Below are positions 30,001-39,336 of a stretch of 64,000 nt of DNA, in pieces (position 1 is the first letter of the stretch; each line of letters begins with the position of its first letter). Both the position numbers and the translations under genes were made by a program. Under the pieces are notes generated by a model. The model ran no database searches. It saw nothing but the letters and a program-made list of their open reading frames with translations, and was not told the origin of the DNA. Source of the DNA: Candidatus Anstonellales archaeon (GTDB lineage Archaea; Micrarchaeota; Micrarchaeia; Anstonellales; J096); contig JAWAFD010000001.1 of NCBI GenBank assembly GCA_038890745.1, positions 64,001 through 128,000 of the forward strand, given 5' to 3'.

Positions 30001-30918
30001 TTGGAAGAAAAAGTTGCTCGGTTAAAAGAATTTGATAGGAATTGGTTGGAAAAAGAAGCCGGTAAGTTCCTGAAAGATGCATTCAATGAAGTTGGGAAAA
30101 CTAAAAAGGAGTACTACGCGCTTGGTGTTGTTGACTCTTTGCTTGAGGGGTATTTCAATGAATTTGAAGCAAATTACAAGAAAGCAAGGGCAAGTGAAGG
30201 GGATTACACACCACATGTTAATACCTATGCGAGCTTGCTTAAAATACAAAATGCTTTTGCTCAGACAACGGCGAGTAAGGATGGGAAATTAAAAGAAGCG
30301 CTCTCTCAATTTGAGGGACTAAAGGAAGAAGTCAACGCACTTATAGCGAAATATACAAACGAGTATAATGATGGTAAAAAAACACCATACGAAACACTGT
30401 TCCAGTTCTTACCAAACTACTACTCTGAGAAGCTTTCAGGATTAGAAAAGGAGGTTAAAAAGACGAATAAGCCAGAGGAGATACTAAAAAGAGTTGAAAA
30501 ATTAAAAGGATTAAAGGAGGAGCTTGAGAAAAAGATGGATGTTTTAAGAAAAAGTGCTGAAGAGATGCTTCAAACTGTAGAAATAGAATACGCAAAAGCA
30601 AAACCAAATTTAGATGAAAAAACAAAGCAAAGCATAGAGGGCGCGATAGAAACAATAAAACAAAACATCGCAAACGGAAGGTATGTAAGCGCGATGAACA
30701 CTGCAAATAATGTTTTGATTACTTTAGGAAAAGTAAAGGGTGGTGGGATTAATTTTGTTCTTTGGTTTGGTGTTCTGCTTCTCATTCTCGCTGGTATTTT
30801 CTACTACCTCCGCTCTGGTGGAAAGATCAAGCTCGGTGGTTTTGGTGGGGTTGGTGGATTGTTTAAGGAGGAGAAAAAGGAGGCGAAACCGCTCAAAAAA
30901 CTAGAGAGGGTTAAATGA
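27019..30918 (+). CDS. Large (about 1300 aa) membrane-anchored surface protein
   Basis: Signal peptide MKKFLLFLLVLGLAFS, Cys pairs, long helical/coiled-coil stretches, beta-rich middle, C-terminal TM and charged tail. Confidence 0.7.
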   Translation: MKKFLLFLLVLGLAFSLEVEWEVEKIPDYVSKPWNGYWSNAYYKNGMLSTEMHPSLVSLNLDTISASDTDVLQKISYAKQQYAIANTKKQQCEYYFVFKNGGIEFGKDILARVYNTASNAYYDAMKENKSDLTAFSCMVCINLGLCNTPQTLILYSACGVYVAFDILSSYHACEEYGTYWKGTMTSSAEALELSAKKANEKYAILKEAYENLTWAGMCNANYTWSGNQECNKVAQALQEVEAGSLSSLGEHEGIRRMIIGYDKAMRSTGLIDTSNYSIIMNKIWNVAIPYAKSETEECAKSMKNAMGEYEGAKAETESKKAAAKEAVEKCEDEKLKEMEITIRGGEMGIGSTEGIARDCESAEKYYATAETQCKLSATAYDSKGEDWLLLAFQYEKGCYENFERAEEMATNAHNTAKATVIHLRETASKAIASAEGKADPAILQQAKKEFDAGDAASTLGEKAYHYNKAWQLANAAIAVFAPQNVTNPQMEEQFNILKAEVEGMLSRAEADGIDVTTERSLYEYYVSLGPTEQAMSGLRRIMDMIVNKAMIAYGDLDYLRKEIYERIKEANGAFDYLLPELNAIEAGYIKDGKIDFVAALGHLAVMKEGYLSILEEMENQKEEAYSGSIIWTYSKDFEPARLDEESHIIMYIYATNPNAFKVAGGEKVFDFPFEVMQSEVSGELVGIISDGQTLTLYPKDFEPFESRTYTVSTSQIIASTTNQEVYAVGYDGKADVTDSRLVEFLGPSQGLYLPDEWEGVSIAGQTYDAKSGFINKKFNADFYEIEGKYTILDAYDWEEKNHNSITIGTTTTLSYDIEIDSNIHMDEMKFAVDGEKVSAYADGGASVKVVGKEIFVYDVPKGSVTVHVKYEISNANEYINQKIKQLNNEIDGGKCPDAWQALNDATLAFQRGDINTAMEKLKEAEALWEKYLREASKAEGEYEKYLAYVNEQLEQIKKALARADELGLEGGFVDSLRERKNSIENFLAGLENLGLEEKVARLKEFDRNWLEKEAGKFLKDAFNEVGKTKKEYYALGVVDSLLEGYFNEFEANYKKARASEGDYTPHVNTYASLLKIQNAFAQTTASKDGKLKEALSQFEGLKEEVNALIAKYTNEYNDGKKTPYETLFQFLPNYYSEKLSGLEKEVKKTNKPEEILKRVEKLKGLKEELEKKMDVLRKSAEEMLQTVEIEYAKAKPNLDEKTKQSIEGAIETIKQNIANGRYVSAMNTANNVLITLGKVKGGGINFVLWFGVLLLILAGIFYYLRSGGKIKLGGFGGVGGLFKEEKKEAKPLKKLERVK

Positions 30919-32392
30919 GAAAATCAGAAATGGAGGTTTGCCCCTTCTTTTCTACTTTTTTCTCCATTTTTGGTTTTTTTAGATTAAAGTTTTTTAACAA
31001 AGAGAGCATTTTTTTCTCTTTCCGTACAGCTGACCAGTAGAATGCTTCATCCCTAGTTTTTTTGGTCAAAAGGATGTAGATCTGTCCTTCCTTAATCCTC
31101 CCTACCCTACCCCTACGCTGGATAGCCCTTATCTCGCTTGGGATGGGCTCGTAAAAAATAACAACATCCGCTGAAGGAATGTCAATCCCCTCTTCACCTA
31201 TACTTGAGCACACCAAAATATTGAATTTGTCATTCCTAAAATCCTCAATTATCTGCTCTTGTTGTTTTTTTGTAAACCCTTCCCTCTTCCCAACAAATTT
31301 CTCAGCAGCATAGCCCTTACTCTTCAAAATTGAAAGAAGATAGTTTATCTGGTCTCTGTACTGGACGAATAAAAGTATTTTTTTGTTTTTTAGTTTTTCA
31401 AGAAGTTCTAAAAGAAGGGTTGTTTTTGGATGGTCTTCCTTAGCTATGGAGGCCTCTTGTATGATTTTTGCTGTTTCAGGTCTGCGGAGCAAGATTCTCG
31501 CGGATTTTGATTTTTCGGCCTTTTCCTTCAATTTAGAGATGTAATTCAAGAGCGCAGTAATTCCTTGTGTTTCAAGAAGCTCTGCCATATGGTTTAGATG
31601 GATGATGCAAGTATAATTTAGTAAGAGTTGGAATTTAATTGGGTGGTTTATTTTTATAAGCTCATGCCTTAACAAAAGCAGCTCGCCCTTCTTTTTTAAT
31701 GGAACTGGGATATTGTGTTTTTTAAAAAGAGCAAGGTAATCATCCATCATTTTTTCAATTAGTTTTTTTATTTTCATCTGTGTTTGCGAAAGCTCTGTTT
31801 GAAGCCAGATTATTTTTTTATCCATTACGTACTCCTTAACATCCGCATCTCTTTCTTCCCTTATTTCAACATTTTTTATACCTAAATTCATTACCACTTC
31901 GTTTATACGCTCCTTCTCCCCACCAGGGGAAGCTGTAAGCCCGATGAGAAGGGCGTTTTTGCATTTTTTTGCTATCTTTGTGTATGCGTACTCCCCAACG
32001 GCCCTATGGGCTTCATCAAAAACAATTATGGAAACTTCCTCTGGTTTTAGGAAGGAAGAAAGGTCGTTTTTTATTGTTTGTGGGGTGGCAAAAATAATTT
32101 TCTTAGCATACAACTCCTTTCTCTTTGTTTTTGGAAGCTCACCGGTGATCAAAACAGCTTCGCTACCCTTATCAGTTGTTTTTATAAAACTGTTTAAATG
32201 TTGGAGGGAAAGTGGTTTTGTTGGGGCTAGAAAAAGAAACTTTCCTTGTTTTTTATCAAAGAAAAAATCAAAAACCCCAAAAGCAATTAGGGTTTTGCCT
32301 AACCCAGTAGGAAGGACCACAAGGGTATTACTGTTATTTATTATTGATTTTATAATTGTTTTTTGGTATTCTCTAAGAGGAATTTTCAACAT
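30911..32392 (-). CDS. Hef/FANCM-like SF2 helicase lacking an ERCC4 nuclease domain
   Basis: LPTGLGKT, DEAHRAVGEYAY, TASPG, EEGIDIP, QRRGRVGR; C-terminal PIP-like QTSISDF. Confidence 0.88.
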   Translation of the reverse strand: MLKIPLREYQKTIIKSIINNSNTLVVLPTGLGKTLIAFGVFDFFFDKKQGKFLFLAPTKPLSLQHLNSFIKTTDKGSEAVLITGELPKTKRKELYAKKIIFATPQTIKNDLSSFLKPEEVSIIVFDEAHRAVGEYAYTKIAKKCKNALLIGLTASPGGEKERINEVVMNLGIKNVEIREERDADVKEYVMDKKIIWLQTELSQTQMKIKKLIEKMMDDYLALFKKHNIPVPLKKKGELLLLRHELIKINHPIKFQLLLNYTCIIHLNHMAELLETQGITALLNYISKLKEKAEKSKSARILLRRPETAKIIQEASIAKEDHPKTTLLLELLEKLKNKKILLFVQYRDQINYLLSILKSKGYAAEKFVGKREGFTKKQQEQIIEDFRNDKFNILVCSSIGEEGIDIPSADVVIFYEPIPSEIRAIQRRGRVGRIKEGQIYILLTKKTRDEAFYWSAVRKEKKMLSLLKNFNLKKPKMEKKVEKKGQTSISDFLI

Positions 32393-32444
32393 TGGGGCAC
32401 CCCACACTTCCACTAATTTTTTTATGCAAAGAAATAAAAAAGTT

Positions 32445-32462
32445 ATGTAACTATAGTTACAT
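32445..32462. promoter_or_regulatory. Palindromic box, copy 3
   Basis: Perfect 18-bp palindrome ATGTAACTATAGTTACAT, ending 1 bp before ATG 32464, divergent from the Hef-like gene. Confidence 0.8.
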
Positions 32463-32463
32463 C

Positions 32464-32706
32464 ATGATCGTGTATGTTTACGATTTGTTTGGAAGTAATT
32501 TAAAAGAGTATAACAGAACAAAACGTCGTTTTTATTATGAATTGAGAAAAATTTTGGATAGTAATAAACAAATAAATTGGAGGACAAAATCAATGCTCCT
32601 GGCACCTGATAGTGAAGAGCAGAACCTTGATATGTTTTTTAAAAAATACGCTTCTAAAATCATAGTATACAAATTTAAACCACAAACCATAAACCAAATA
32701 ACATAA
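32464..32706 (+). CDS. Small stand-alone Cas2/VapD-like protein (80 aa)
   Basis: MIVYVYDL beta-Asp start, basic helix RTKRRFYYELRK, WRTKSML resembling the Cas2 QxSV strand; judged by eye. Confidence 0.5.
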   Translation: MIVYVYDLFGSNLKEYNRTKRRFYYELRKILDSNKQINWRTKSMLLAPDSEEQNLDMFFKKYASKIIVYKFKPQTINQIT

Positions 32707-32745
32707 ACTATTGATTAGCCTACTGATTAGGGGAAGTATGGGGGG

Positions 32746-34305
32746 TCATAGTTCAATCTCAAAGAAAACAACCGGCGTTTCTATTCCAAAAGAAACCAGA
32801 ACATTAGGATGGACTTCCCCAACATACCCAACCCCAACCCCATTTCTTACTATTTTTGCCGCGCGCCCATGAATAAAACCATCAACATCCTCTAACCACA
32901 ATTCAAAAGAAAACCTACCCTCTTCCTTAAAAGAAAAAAGAATCGGAAGAATATTGTTTATACCAACCCGATCATCAGTAATGGCTGCGGCCAAAACCTC
33001 TTTCTCCTCCCCATCTTTGTATACCCTTCCAATCTCAAATATTTTTTGAGGCATCCCGGCCGTCTTATTCTCACTTATGATTTTAAGGAAAGAGACAAGG
33101 CATGTCGGTTTGAGCACGGTGTAATCCAAGCTTGCCGGGTTTTTTACTGTTTTTTTTGCCACCCACCCAGGACCGATTTTTTCAAGTTCGGTATTGTTTG
33201 TCAAATAAAATGTTTTTACTTCATTAAAACCAAACCCAACCATCAATTCAACAACCCAACCATTCCTTTCCTCCCCATATCCTTCATTGTATAATTCAGG
33301 AGGTTCTGGTTTGAATCTATTATACCCATACGCTATTGCAACATCCTCAACAATATCAACCTGGTCCAAAACATCTATTCTGTACGGTGGGATAAAAGCA
33401 ACCCCGTGCTCATACCCTATCCCGGCCTTTTTTAGGAGTTTTTTTATCTCTTCCTCACTAAAACTACTCCCCAATACATTGTTTATGAACGTTCGCTTAA
33501 TTTTTATTCTATTTTCTTCAAGCTTCGGGTACCACTCTCCATTAACATTCGTTTGTTCTATCCTCCCTCCTCTATCTGCAAGCGCGCAAACAATTATATT
33601 CAGAGCCTGCGAAACAGCATCAGCGTGTGTTCCAGTAACATCTATCACAAAATTCCTAGTCTCTGGTGTAAGTTTTGTTCTCTCGCTGTTTATTATTGGT
33701 GGGAATGAGATAACACCTTCTTGGTCTATGAGCATCGGATATTTTTTTTCCTTTACAAGATGGGCGTACATTTTTCCCTTCGGATGCACTTCTAAAATCT
33801 GCTTTGCGCTCATCTTTTTATCAAACTCAAGCGGAACAAACACAATATCCTCAACTGTTTTATACACAATCGGGAAAACAACCCTATCAGCATCATGGAT
33901 TCCGATTGCAACCTTCTTCCTCTTTCTCCCAAGAGTATCGTGGAGCTTTTCCTGAAGCTGTATTAAGGAAAGGAACACCTCCTCGCTTGGTTTTACATCA
34001 ACAACCTTTGCCATTACAACATATGGTCTTACATCCTTTACGCTTTTATCAACAATAACAAAATTCTCCTTTTTCTCAGCCGTATATTTTCTTAAGTCCT
34101 CTTTCTCATAGTAATAGGAAAGGGCCCTTGCCAAACCCTCAACAGAAAGCAAATCCGGCCGGTTCGGTGTAACCTCGACATCCAACATCCTACCTTCAAC
34201 TTCACTACTCGGTGCACCGATTTCATTCAACCCATTGATTATCTCCTCTTTGCTCAGGCCCGTCATCCCTTTTATTTCCTCAATACCTACCCTTACTACA
34301 GCCAT
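32746..34305 (-). CDS. pheT: Phenylalanine-tRNA ligase beta subunit
   Basis: TPNRPDLLSVEG, LQEKLH..GRKRKKVAIG, PPYRIDVL..DIVEDVAIAYGY, GEVHP. Confidence 0.95.
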   Translation of the reverse strand: MAVVRVGIEEIKGMTGLSKEEIINGLNEIGAPSSEVEGRMLDVEVTPNRPDLLSVEGLARALSYYYEKEDLRKYTAEKKENFVIVDKSVKDVRPYVVMAKVVDVKPSEEVFLSLIQLQEKLHDTLGRKRKKVAIGIHDADRVVFPIVYKTVEDIVFVPLEFDKKMSAKQILEVHPKGKMYAHLVKEKKYPMLIDQEGVISFPPIINSERTKLTPETRNFVIDVTGTHADAVSQALNIIVCALADRGGRIEQTNVNGEWYPKLEENRIKIKRTFINNVLGSSFSEEEIKKLLKKAGIGYEHGVAFIPPYRIDVLDQVDIVEDVAIAYGYNRFKPEPPELYNEGYGEERNGWVVELMVGFGFNEVKTFYLTNNTELEKIGPGWVAKKTVKNPASLDYTVLKPTCLVSFLKIISENKTAGMPQKIFEIGRVYKDGEEKEVLAAAITDDRVGINNILPILFSFKEEGRFSFELWLEDVDGFIHGRAAKIVRNGVGVGYVGEVHPNVLVSFGIETPVVFFEIEL

Positions 34306-34309
34306 AGGA

Positions 34310-35632
34310 TCACTTATCCGGGTATTCTTTATTAAGGCATCCAGTGCATATATTTTTTCCCAAAACTTTTTTCAACCCTTCTATACTCATATACCCCAAG
34401 CTATCGACATTCAAAAACTTTTTTATTTCCTCAACAGACTTTTTTGCCGCTATCAACTCATCCTCAGTTTTCATATCTATTCCATAGTAACATGGCGCTT
34501 TAAGAGGCGGGCACGTGACCATAAGATGCACCTCCTTTACACCCAATTCTCTAAGCTTTTCTACCAATATTTTTGTAGTTGTTCCGCGCACTATGCTATC
34601 ATCTATTAGAACTACTCTTTTTCCGTTTATAAATTGAGTTAGGAAAAAATATTTTTGTTTTGCAAGCTCCACCCGTTTTTCTTCATTCGGTTGGATGAAT
34701 GTTCTCCCAACATACCTGTTTTTTACAATCGCTTCCTTAACAGGTATACCAGTTGCTTCCCCAAAACCCTCCGCGGCTGTTCTTGCGGTATCTGGGATTG
34801 GGATCACAAAATCCGCATCTACAGGATTCTCTTCAGCCAAACGTTTTCCAAGCTCAAACCTTGTTTTATAGACCCCCTCCCCAAAAACTTCTGATGCTGG
34901 GTTTGCAAAATAAACAAACTCAAACATACATCTTCTTTCCCCAATGTTTTTTAGTATCTGCTTTTTTCTTAGTTCTCCATTTTCTATTATATAAAGCTCC
35001 CCCGGTTTCACTTCTTCATAATTTAGTATGTTGAGCGGTTGGAAAGCGACCGTCTCGCTTGCAAAAGCATAAAAATACTCGTTCCATCCAAAAACAAGAG
35101 GCCTTATTCCATACATATCCTTTGTTGCGAATAGTTTGTTTTTCCATATCCCAACAAGAGCATAGCTTCCCTTTGCTTTTTTTGAAAGCTCAATAAGGGC
35201 GTTCTCTATATCCTTTCCATTCTTCAACTCTTCATGCAGAATGGCTAATATCGCTTCCGAATCCGCCGATCCCTTGAAGGAATATTTCCCTCTAAAACTC
35301 TTTTTTATTTCATCATAGTTATGAATATTTCCATTATGCGCAACCGCTAGCTCTCCAAGATGGGATGGCTGCGCATCTTTCTCTGTTTCTATTTTTTTGC
35401 TTGTTGTTGGGTATCTCACATGGAATATCCCAATCCTCCCAGTTCCGGACCCAACCTCAACCAACCCAACATGTTTTTTCGTTTTTATTCTATCCTCGTG
35501 CAGTATGCTATACCCCCATGCGTCCTCTCCTCTTGATTGAATGTTTTTTAACGCACGCGTTCCAGCATCAACTATATCGACATTCCCCTTTCTTGAGAAT
35601 AAAGCAACAACACCGCAAGAATGCCTGAGCAT
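34310..35632 (-). CDS. purF: Amidophosphoribosyltransferase
   Basis: CGVV N-terminus, HVRY, HNGNI, NRYVGRTFI, DDSIVRGTT, PCYYGIDM. Confidence 0.95.
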   Translation of the reverse strand: MLRHSCGVVALFSRKGNVDIVDAGTRALKNIQSRGEDAWGYSILHEDRIKTKKHVGLVEVGSGTGRIGIFHVRYPTTSKKIETEKDAQPSHLGELAVAHNGNIHNYDEIKKSFRGKYSFKGSADSEAILAILHEELKNGKDIENALIELSKKAKGSYALVGIWKNKLFATKDMYGIRPLVFGWNEYFYAFASETVAFQPLNILNYEEVKPGELYIIENGELRKKQILKNIGERRCMFEFVYFANPASEVFGEGVYKTRFELGKRLAEENPVDADFVIPIPDTARTAAEGFGEATGIPVKEAIVKNRYVGRTFIQPNEEKRVELAKQKYFFLTQFINGKRVVLIDDSIVRGTTTKILVEKLRELGVKEVHLMVTCPPLKAPCYYGIDMKTEDELIAAKKSVEEIKKFLNVDSLGYMSIEGLKKVLGKNICTGCLNKEYPDK

Positions 35633-35682
35633 GCTTTTCTTTCTCAATAATAGTTTAAAATGTTTTTTGTTATTCATTCTTT

Positions 35683-36534
35683 ATGTTTGATGCCCTTATC
35701 CCTATCTGTGATGCTGATAGATGCTTCCATTCACTAAGCGAGCAGAAAAATTATTTTAGAGTAAATACATTAAAAAATTCAGTAAAAGAATTCCTCTCCT
35801 CCTCTTCAATTCAAGTCGAAAAAACTCCGCTTCCGTTCGCTTTTTCTTCCCCCAATCCAATCGGTAGAACAGTGGAAAATTTTCTTGGCTATATCCATAT
35901 CCAATCCCTTTCTTCAATGCTTCCAGCGCTTGCGCTTTCTCCGCATAAAAATGACATTGTTTTAGATGCGTGCGCATCGCCAGGCTCAAAAACCACTCAA
36001 ATGGCAGCCATGATGGGTAATGACGGCGCGATAGTTGCAAACGATAGAAAAAGTCGCCATCCTCCACTTCTTGCTAACATCTCCCGCTTAGGTGTTCTTA
36101 ATACTGTTGTTGTTTCTTATGATGCAAAAAAATCAATAAAAGAAAATTATTTTACAAAAGCGCTTTTGGATGCCCCATGCACCGCACTTGGCGCGTGGCA
36201 GAGCGCCTGGAAAAGGTTTAAGCCAGATATAGCAAAATCCATGGCCAGGGTGCAAAAAGCGATGCTGCTCTCTTCTTTTGACTCCCTTAAACCTGGCGGA
36301 ATTCTTGTATATTCTACCTGCACCTATACAAAAGAAGAAAATGAAGAGGTTGTTAGATTTTTGCTGGAAAGAAGGGAGAATGCAAGGTTAGAAACGATCA
36401 ACATTCCTTATGAAATTCCTCATGAAACAGGTTTGAGCGAGTTTGGGAATGAGTTTAGGAAGGTATGGAGGGTATACCCCTGGCATCTTAAAAGCGAGGG
36501 GTTTTTTATTGCAAAGGTGAGAAGGGATGAATGA
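35683..36534 (+). CDS. RsmB/NOL1/NOP2 RNA m5C methyltransferase, paralog 1
   Basis: LDACASPGSKT, DAPC, YSTCT, EGFFIA. Confidence 0.9.
   Translation: MFDALIPICDADRCFHSLSEQKNYFRVNTLKNSVKEFLSSSSIQVEKTPLPFAFSSPNPIGRTVENFLGYIHIQSLSSMLPALALSPHKNDIVLDACASPGSKTTQMAAMMGNDGAIVANDRKSRHPPLLANISRLGVLNTVVVSYDAKKSIKENYFTKALLDAPCTALGAWQSAWKRFKPDIAKSMARVQKAMLLSSFDSLKPGGILVYSTCTYTKEENEEVVRFLLERRENARLETINIPYEIPHETGLSEFGNEFRKVWRVYPWHLKSEGFFIAKVRRDE
36266..36520 (+). repeat. 255-bp tract, inverted near-identical copy at 49422-49676
   Basis: Direct comparison gives 5 substitutions over 255 bp. Confidence 0.9.
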
Positions 36535-36934
36535 ATTTGAGGGATACATAAAAGAGAGGTTTGGGATAGTTCTACCTGATTGGGTAGTTGTCGAAGAGGT
36601 TGGGGATAAATTTAGGATAATGAATAAAGAGATAAGCAAAGAAAAACCAAAAAATTTTGTTTCGCGCGGGATTGTTTGCGGGAAGAAAACAACTTTTGGG
36701 GTAAAGCCAACATCAGACTTCATTCAGCTTTTTGGCCATCTTGCAAGAAAAAATGTTGCTAAGATAAGCAGAGAAGAGATGCTCAATTATGCGAAGGGAA
36801 TGGATTTGGAGAGAGAGTTCGATTTTGAAAATGGGTATGTTGTTTTGAGGTATGAAAAACATAGTGTAGGGGTTGGGCTTTGCATGAATAAAAAAATAAA
36901 AAATCAGGTGGCGAAAATTAAGCGGATCCAATAA
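36527..36934 (+). CDS. NIP7/PUA-like methyltransferase accessory protein
   Basis: KPTSDFIQLFGHLARKN..YAKGMDL..GYVVL; follows the methyltransferase gene. Confidence 0.7.
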   Translation: MNEFEGYIKERFGIVLPDWVVVEEVGDKFRIMNKEISKEKPKNFVSRGIVCGKKTTFGVKPTSDFIQLFGHLARKNVAKISREEMLNYAKGMDLEREFDFENGYVVLRYEKHSVGVGLCMNKKIKNQVAKIKRIQ

Positions 36935-38795
36935 TAGATGAAAGACGATTTATTGTTAGGTCATAATTCTTTTCATATGTAGAATCACCAACAGCTAATT
37001 TCTTTCCTCCAAGCTCTTCAATCCTTTTATTAAGCTCCTTTGCCCTTTCAGAAAGTTCTACCCGAACAGCCTTTGCTCTTATTTGCACGCTTTTAAAAGT
37101 TTTTTCATCTTCAGGAGTTATTCCATTCTCTTCCATCGCTCTCTTAACAGCATATGCTAAGAAGGATTGGCCAACAGAACTTAAAATACCTATTGAAAAT
37201 TCAAGCAAAATTTCGCCTTTTATTTTATTAAAATCATAGTTATTTTTCTTACACCATTCCTTCAGGTATTTCTCCCCTTTATCAGAAAGGCCAAGCTTTC
37301 CATTCTCAAATTTAAAAATACCGAAAAATACAAGCGTCGGTGTAACATTTTGGTTTAATCTCAAAACTTCTTTTGTTTCTGCTTTTACTAAATTCGAAAA
37401 TTGCTCTAGTTTGTACCCAACATTGAGAAGGTCTGTTCTAGTAAAAAACTCTCCAATATCTTTGTTTTTTGAGAATAAAATAATGTTAATACCATAACCC
37501 GCTATTCTATCAATTAATTCCAACCTCTTTGCCATTCCATCGATCTCATTTACGCTATCCGAAAGCTCGCGCATAAATCTTTTTAGAGCGGGTGGCTTTC
37601 TTGATTTTGCATACTCAAAAGCGGATTTCAAATCTGAAAATCTTTTCTTCCAGTATTCTTCTTGTTTTTCAACTATCATTGCAATGGTTGCGAGGTCTTT
37701 TCTCTCAGCACTTTGGGTTGCCCCTTTTGGGTTTGTTGTGTCATAGTTGGTTCTAATTTGTTCTAAATCAGAAGCGGATTGTGTAAGCAACATCCTCCAC
37801 CTGAGTTCCTCCAACTTTTTATATACTTCATCTCTTCTTTTTTCAAGCAGTTTTATAGTCTTATCAAAACTTTTATCAGGCATCATTTCCTTCCACTCTC
37901 TTGCTTCTTCAGGACTTATTTCACCATCTCCAACCCATTCATCAATCAACGGCGGTGTTGTACCTGCGGCGGCTGCAGCTTCTCGCCTTGCAGAGTCGGA
38001 GGCATTGTTCCAGTCCCGTATTATCTGTGGGTCCACGGGTTGGGTCATGTTAGTCCTATCCGCTTCTTGTGCTAATTTGCAAAACCTCATAGCTGCGTTA
38101 TATGCCTTTCCTAAGTCTTCTAGGTTTGCTTCTTCCAAAGTGATTATTTTTTCACCACTCTCACTTGTTTCGTCTGGAATCACAATAGTTGTTAATTCCC
38201 CTTTATCGTAAACCAAACGGGGCCCTTCATCGGCTCTTTTAACTATGACGCTGCCCTCCTCGGCTAGTTGCTTTCTTTCTTCAGGGGTCAGTCCTGCGGT
38301 GGCGGTTTCTCGTATTGCACCAAGATAAAACTTATGTAGGTCTTCCCTTAAATTTTTTACTCCTGCATTTTTGGGGTTATGAGGTTTACCTGGAAATAGT
38401 TTACTGATTTCCTCCTCGCTGAAAACATCATCAAAATAACATACAAATTTATCATTCCACCAGTCTCGCTGCCCCTTTTTTGAGTCATACCATAGATTTG
38501 TTGCGAACTGAACCGCCCAAAAAGCATAACCTCCGTCCTCACCGACCACTCTTTTCATACCCTCAAGCCAATATTCAGCTAAATCTTCGCTCAATCCTAA
38601 TTTCACTAATTCTCTTTTTGCATCTTCACGGGAGATATCATAGTGCTCTGGTAGCTTTCCACCCTTTACGTCGTTTAGTATCTCCCCAATGCTGCGTTTT
38701 CTAAGTAGCGGCTTTGCTGACGAATTTCTGTTATACGAATAGCCTTTTTTTTGTTCAGCAAACGGCATCTTCTCCTGAACCTGAAACACAAACAT
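36918..38795 (-). CDS. Hypothetical helical protein (625 aa)
   Basis: Long ORF with GGTGA SD; no recognised motif. Confidence 0.6.
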   Translation of the reverse strand: MFVFQVQEKMPFAEQKKGYSYNRNSSAKPLLRKRSIGEILNDVKGGKLPEHYDISREDAKRELVKLGLSEDLAEYWLEGMKRVVGEDGGYAFWAVQFATNLWYDSKKGQRDWWNDKFVCYFDDVFSEEEISKLFPGKPHNPKNAGVKNLREDLHKFYLGAIRETATAGLTPEERKQLAEEGSVIVKRADEGPRLVYDKGELTTIVIPDETSESGEKIITLEEANLEDLGKAYNAAMRFCKLAQEADRTNMTQPVDPQIIRDWNNASDSARREAAAAAGTTPPLIDEWVGDGEISPEEAREWKEMMPDKSFDKTIKLLEKRRDEVYKKLEELRWRMLLTQSASDLEQIRTNYDTTNPKGATQSAERKDLATIAMIVEKQEEYWKKRFSDLKSAFEYAKSRKPPALKRFMRELSDSVNEIDGMAKRLELIDRIAGYGINIILFSKNKDIGEFFTRTDLLNVGYKLEQFSNLVKAETKEVLRLNQNVTPTLVFFGIFKFENGKLGLSDKGEKYLKEWCKKNNYDFNKIKGEILLEFSIGILSSVGQSFLAYAVKRAMEENGITPEDEKTFKSVQIRAKAVRVELSERAKELNKRIEELGGKKLAVGDSTYEKNYDLTINRLSSIIGSA

Positions 38796-38820
38796 CCCTT
38801 CACCAGCATTATTTACTCAT

Positions 38821-39336
38821 TTAATACTTAAATATCTTTTGTTCTTTACCCTTTTCAATATATACGGCCATCTCCTCTTTTTTCACTTTCAAAAAATCAT
38901 ATATGAATTTCAAAAAGGCAATGGGATTGCCGATGACTATTGTTTTTCCTTTTCTCTTTGGTTTAAAACCAAGCCTTGAGAGGACCATCTCATCCTCCCC
39001 AAAACCTTCTATCGAAATTATTCCTTTTTCATCTATTTTGCCGCAGGCATCAAAGATTCCTGCCAAAAAATTCGCGGAATACTCATTCAGATATTTAAAC
39101 CTCTCCATCCTATCTTTCCAAACCTCTTGAAAAAACTTTCTCCATTTGGAATGGTAGAAATAAACAGAGTTTTCAGAATAAAGAAGCTTCCCGGATTCTG
39201 TGAGAGATAATTTTATAACCTCATTCACAAAAGCAGGAATAACATCCTTTCCCTTAACCCCTATCCCTTCTTTTGTTCTCCTAATCCCCCACAAACCAAT
39301 CACATAAGAAAGTTCTGGAGAAAGTTTTGGTTTCAT
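38821..39336 (-). CDS. LAGLIDADG-like domain protein, probably degenerate
   Basis: ELSYVIGLW and FLAGIFDACG helices. Confidence 0.55.
   Translation of the reverse strand: MKPKLSPELSYVIGLWGIRRTKEGIGVKGKDVIPAFVNEVIKLSLTESGKLLYSENSVYFYHSKWRKFFQEVWKDRMERFKYLNEYSANFLAGIFDACGKIDEKGIISIEGFGEDEMVLSRLGFKPKRKGKTIVIGNPIAFLKFIYDFLKVKKEEMAVYIEKGKEQKIFKY

Noticed and set aside
32464..32745. CRISPR-Cas locus around the Cas2-like gene
   Set aside because: No repeat-spacer array and no cas1 or other cas genes seen in the window.
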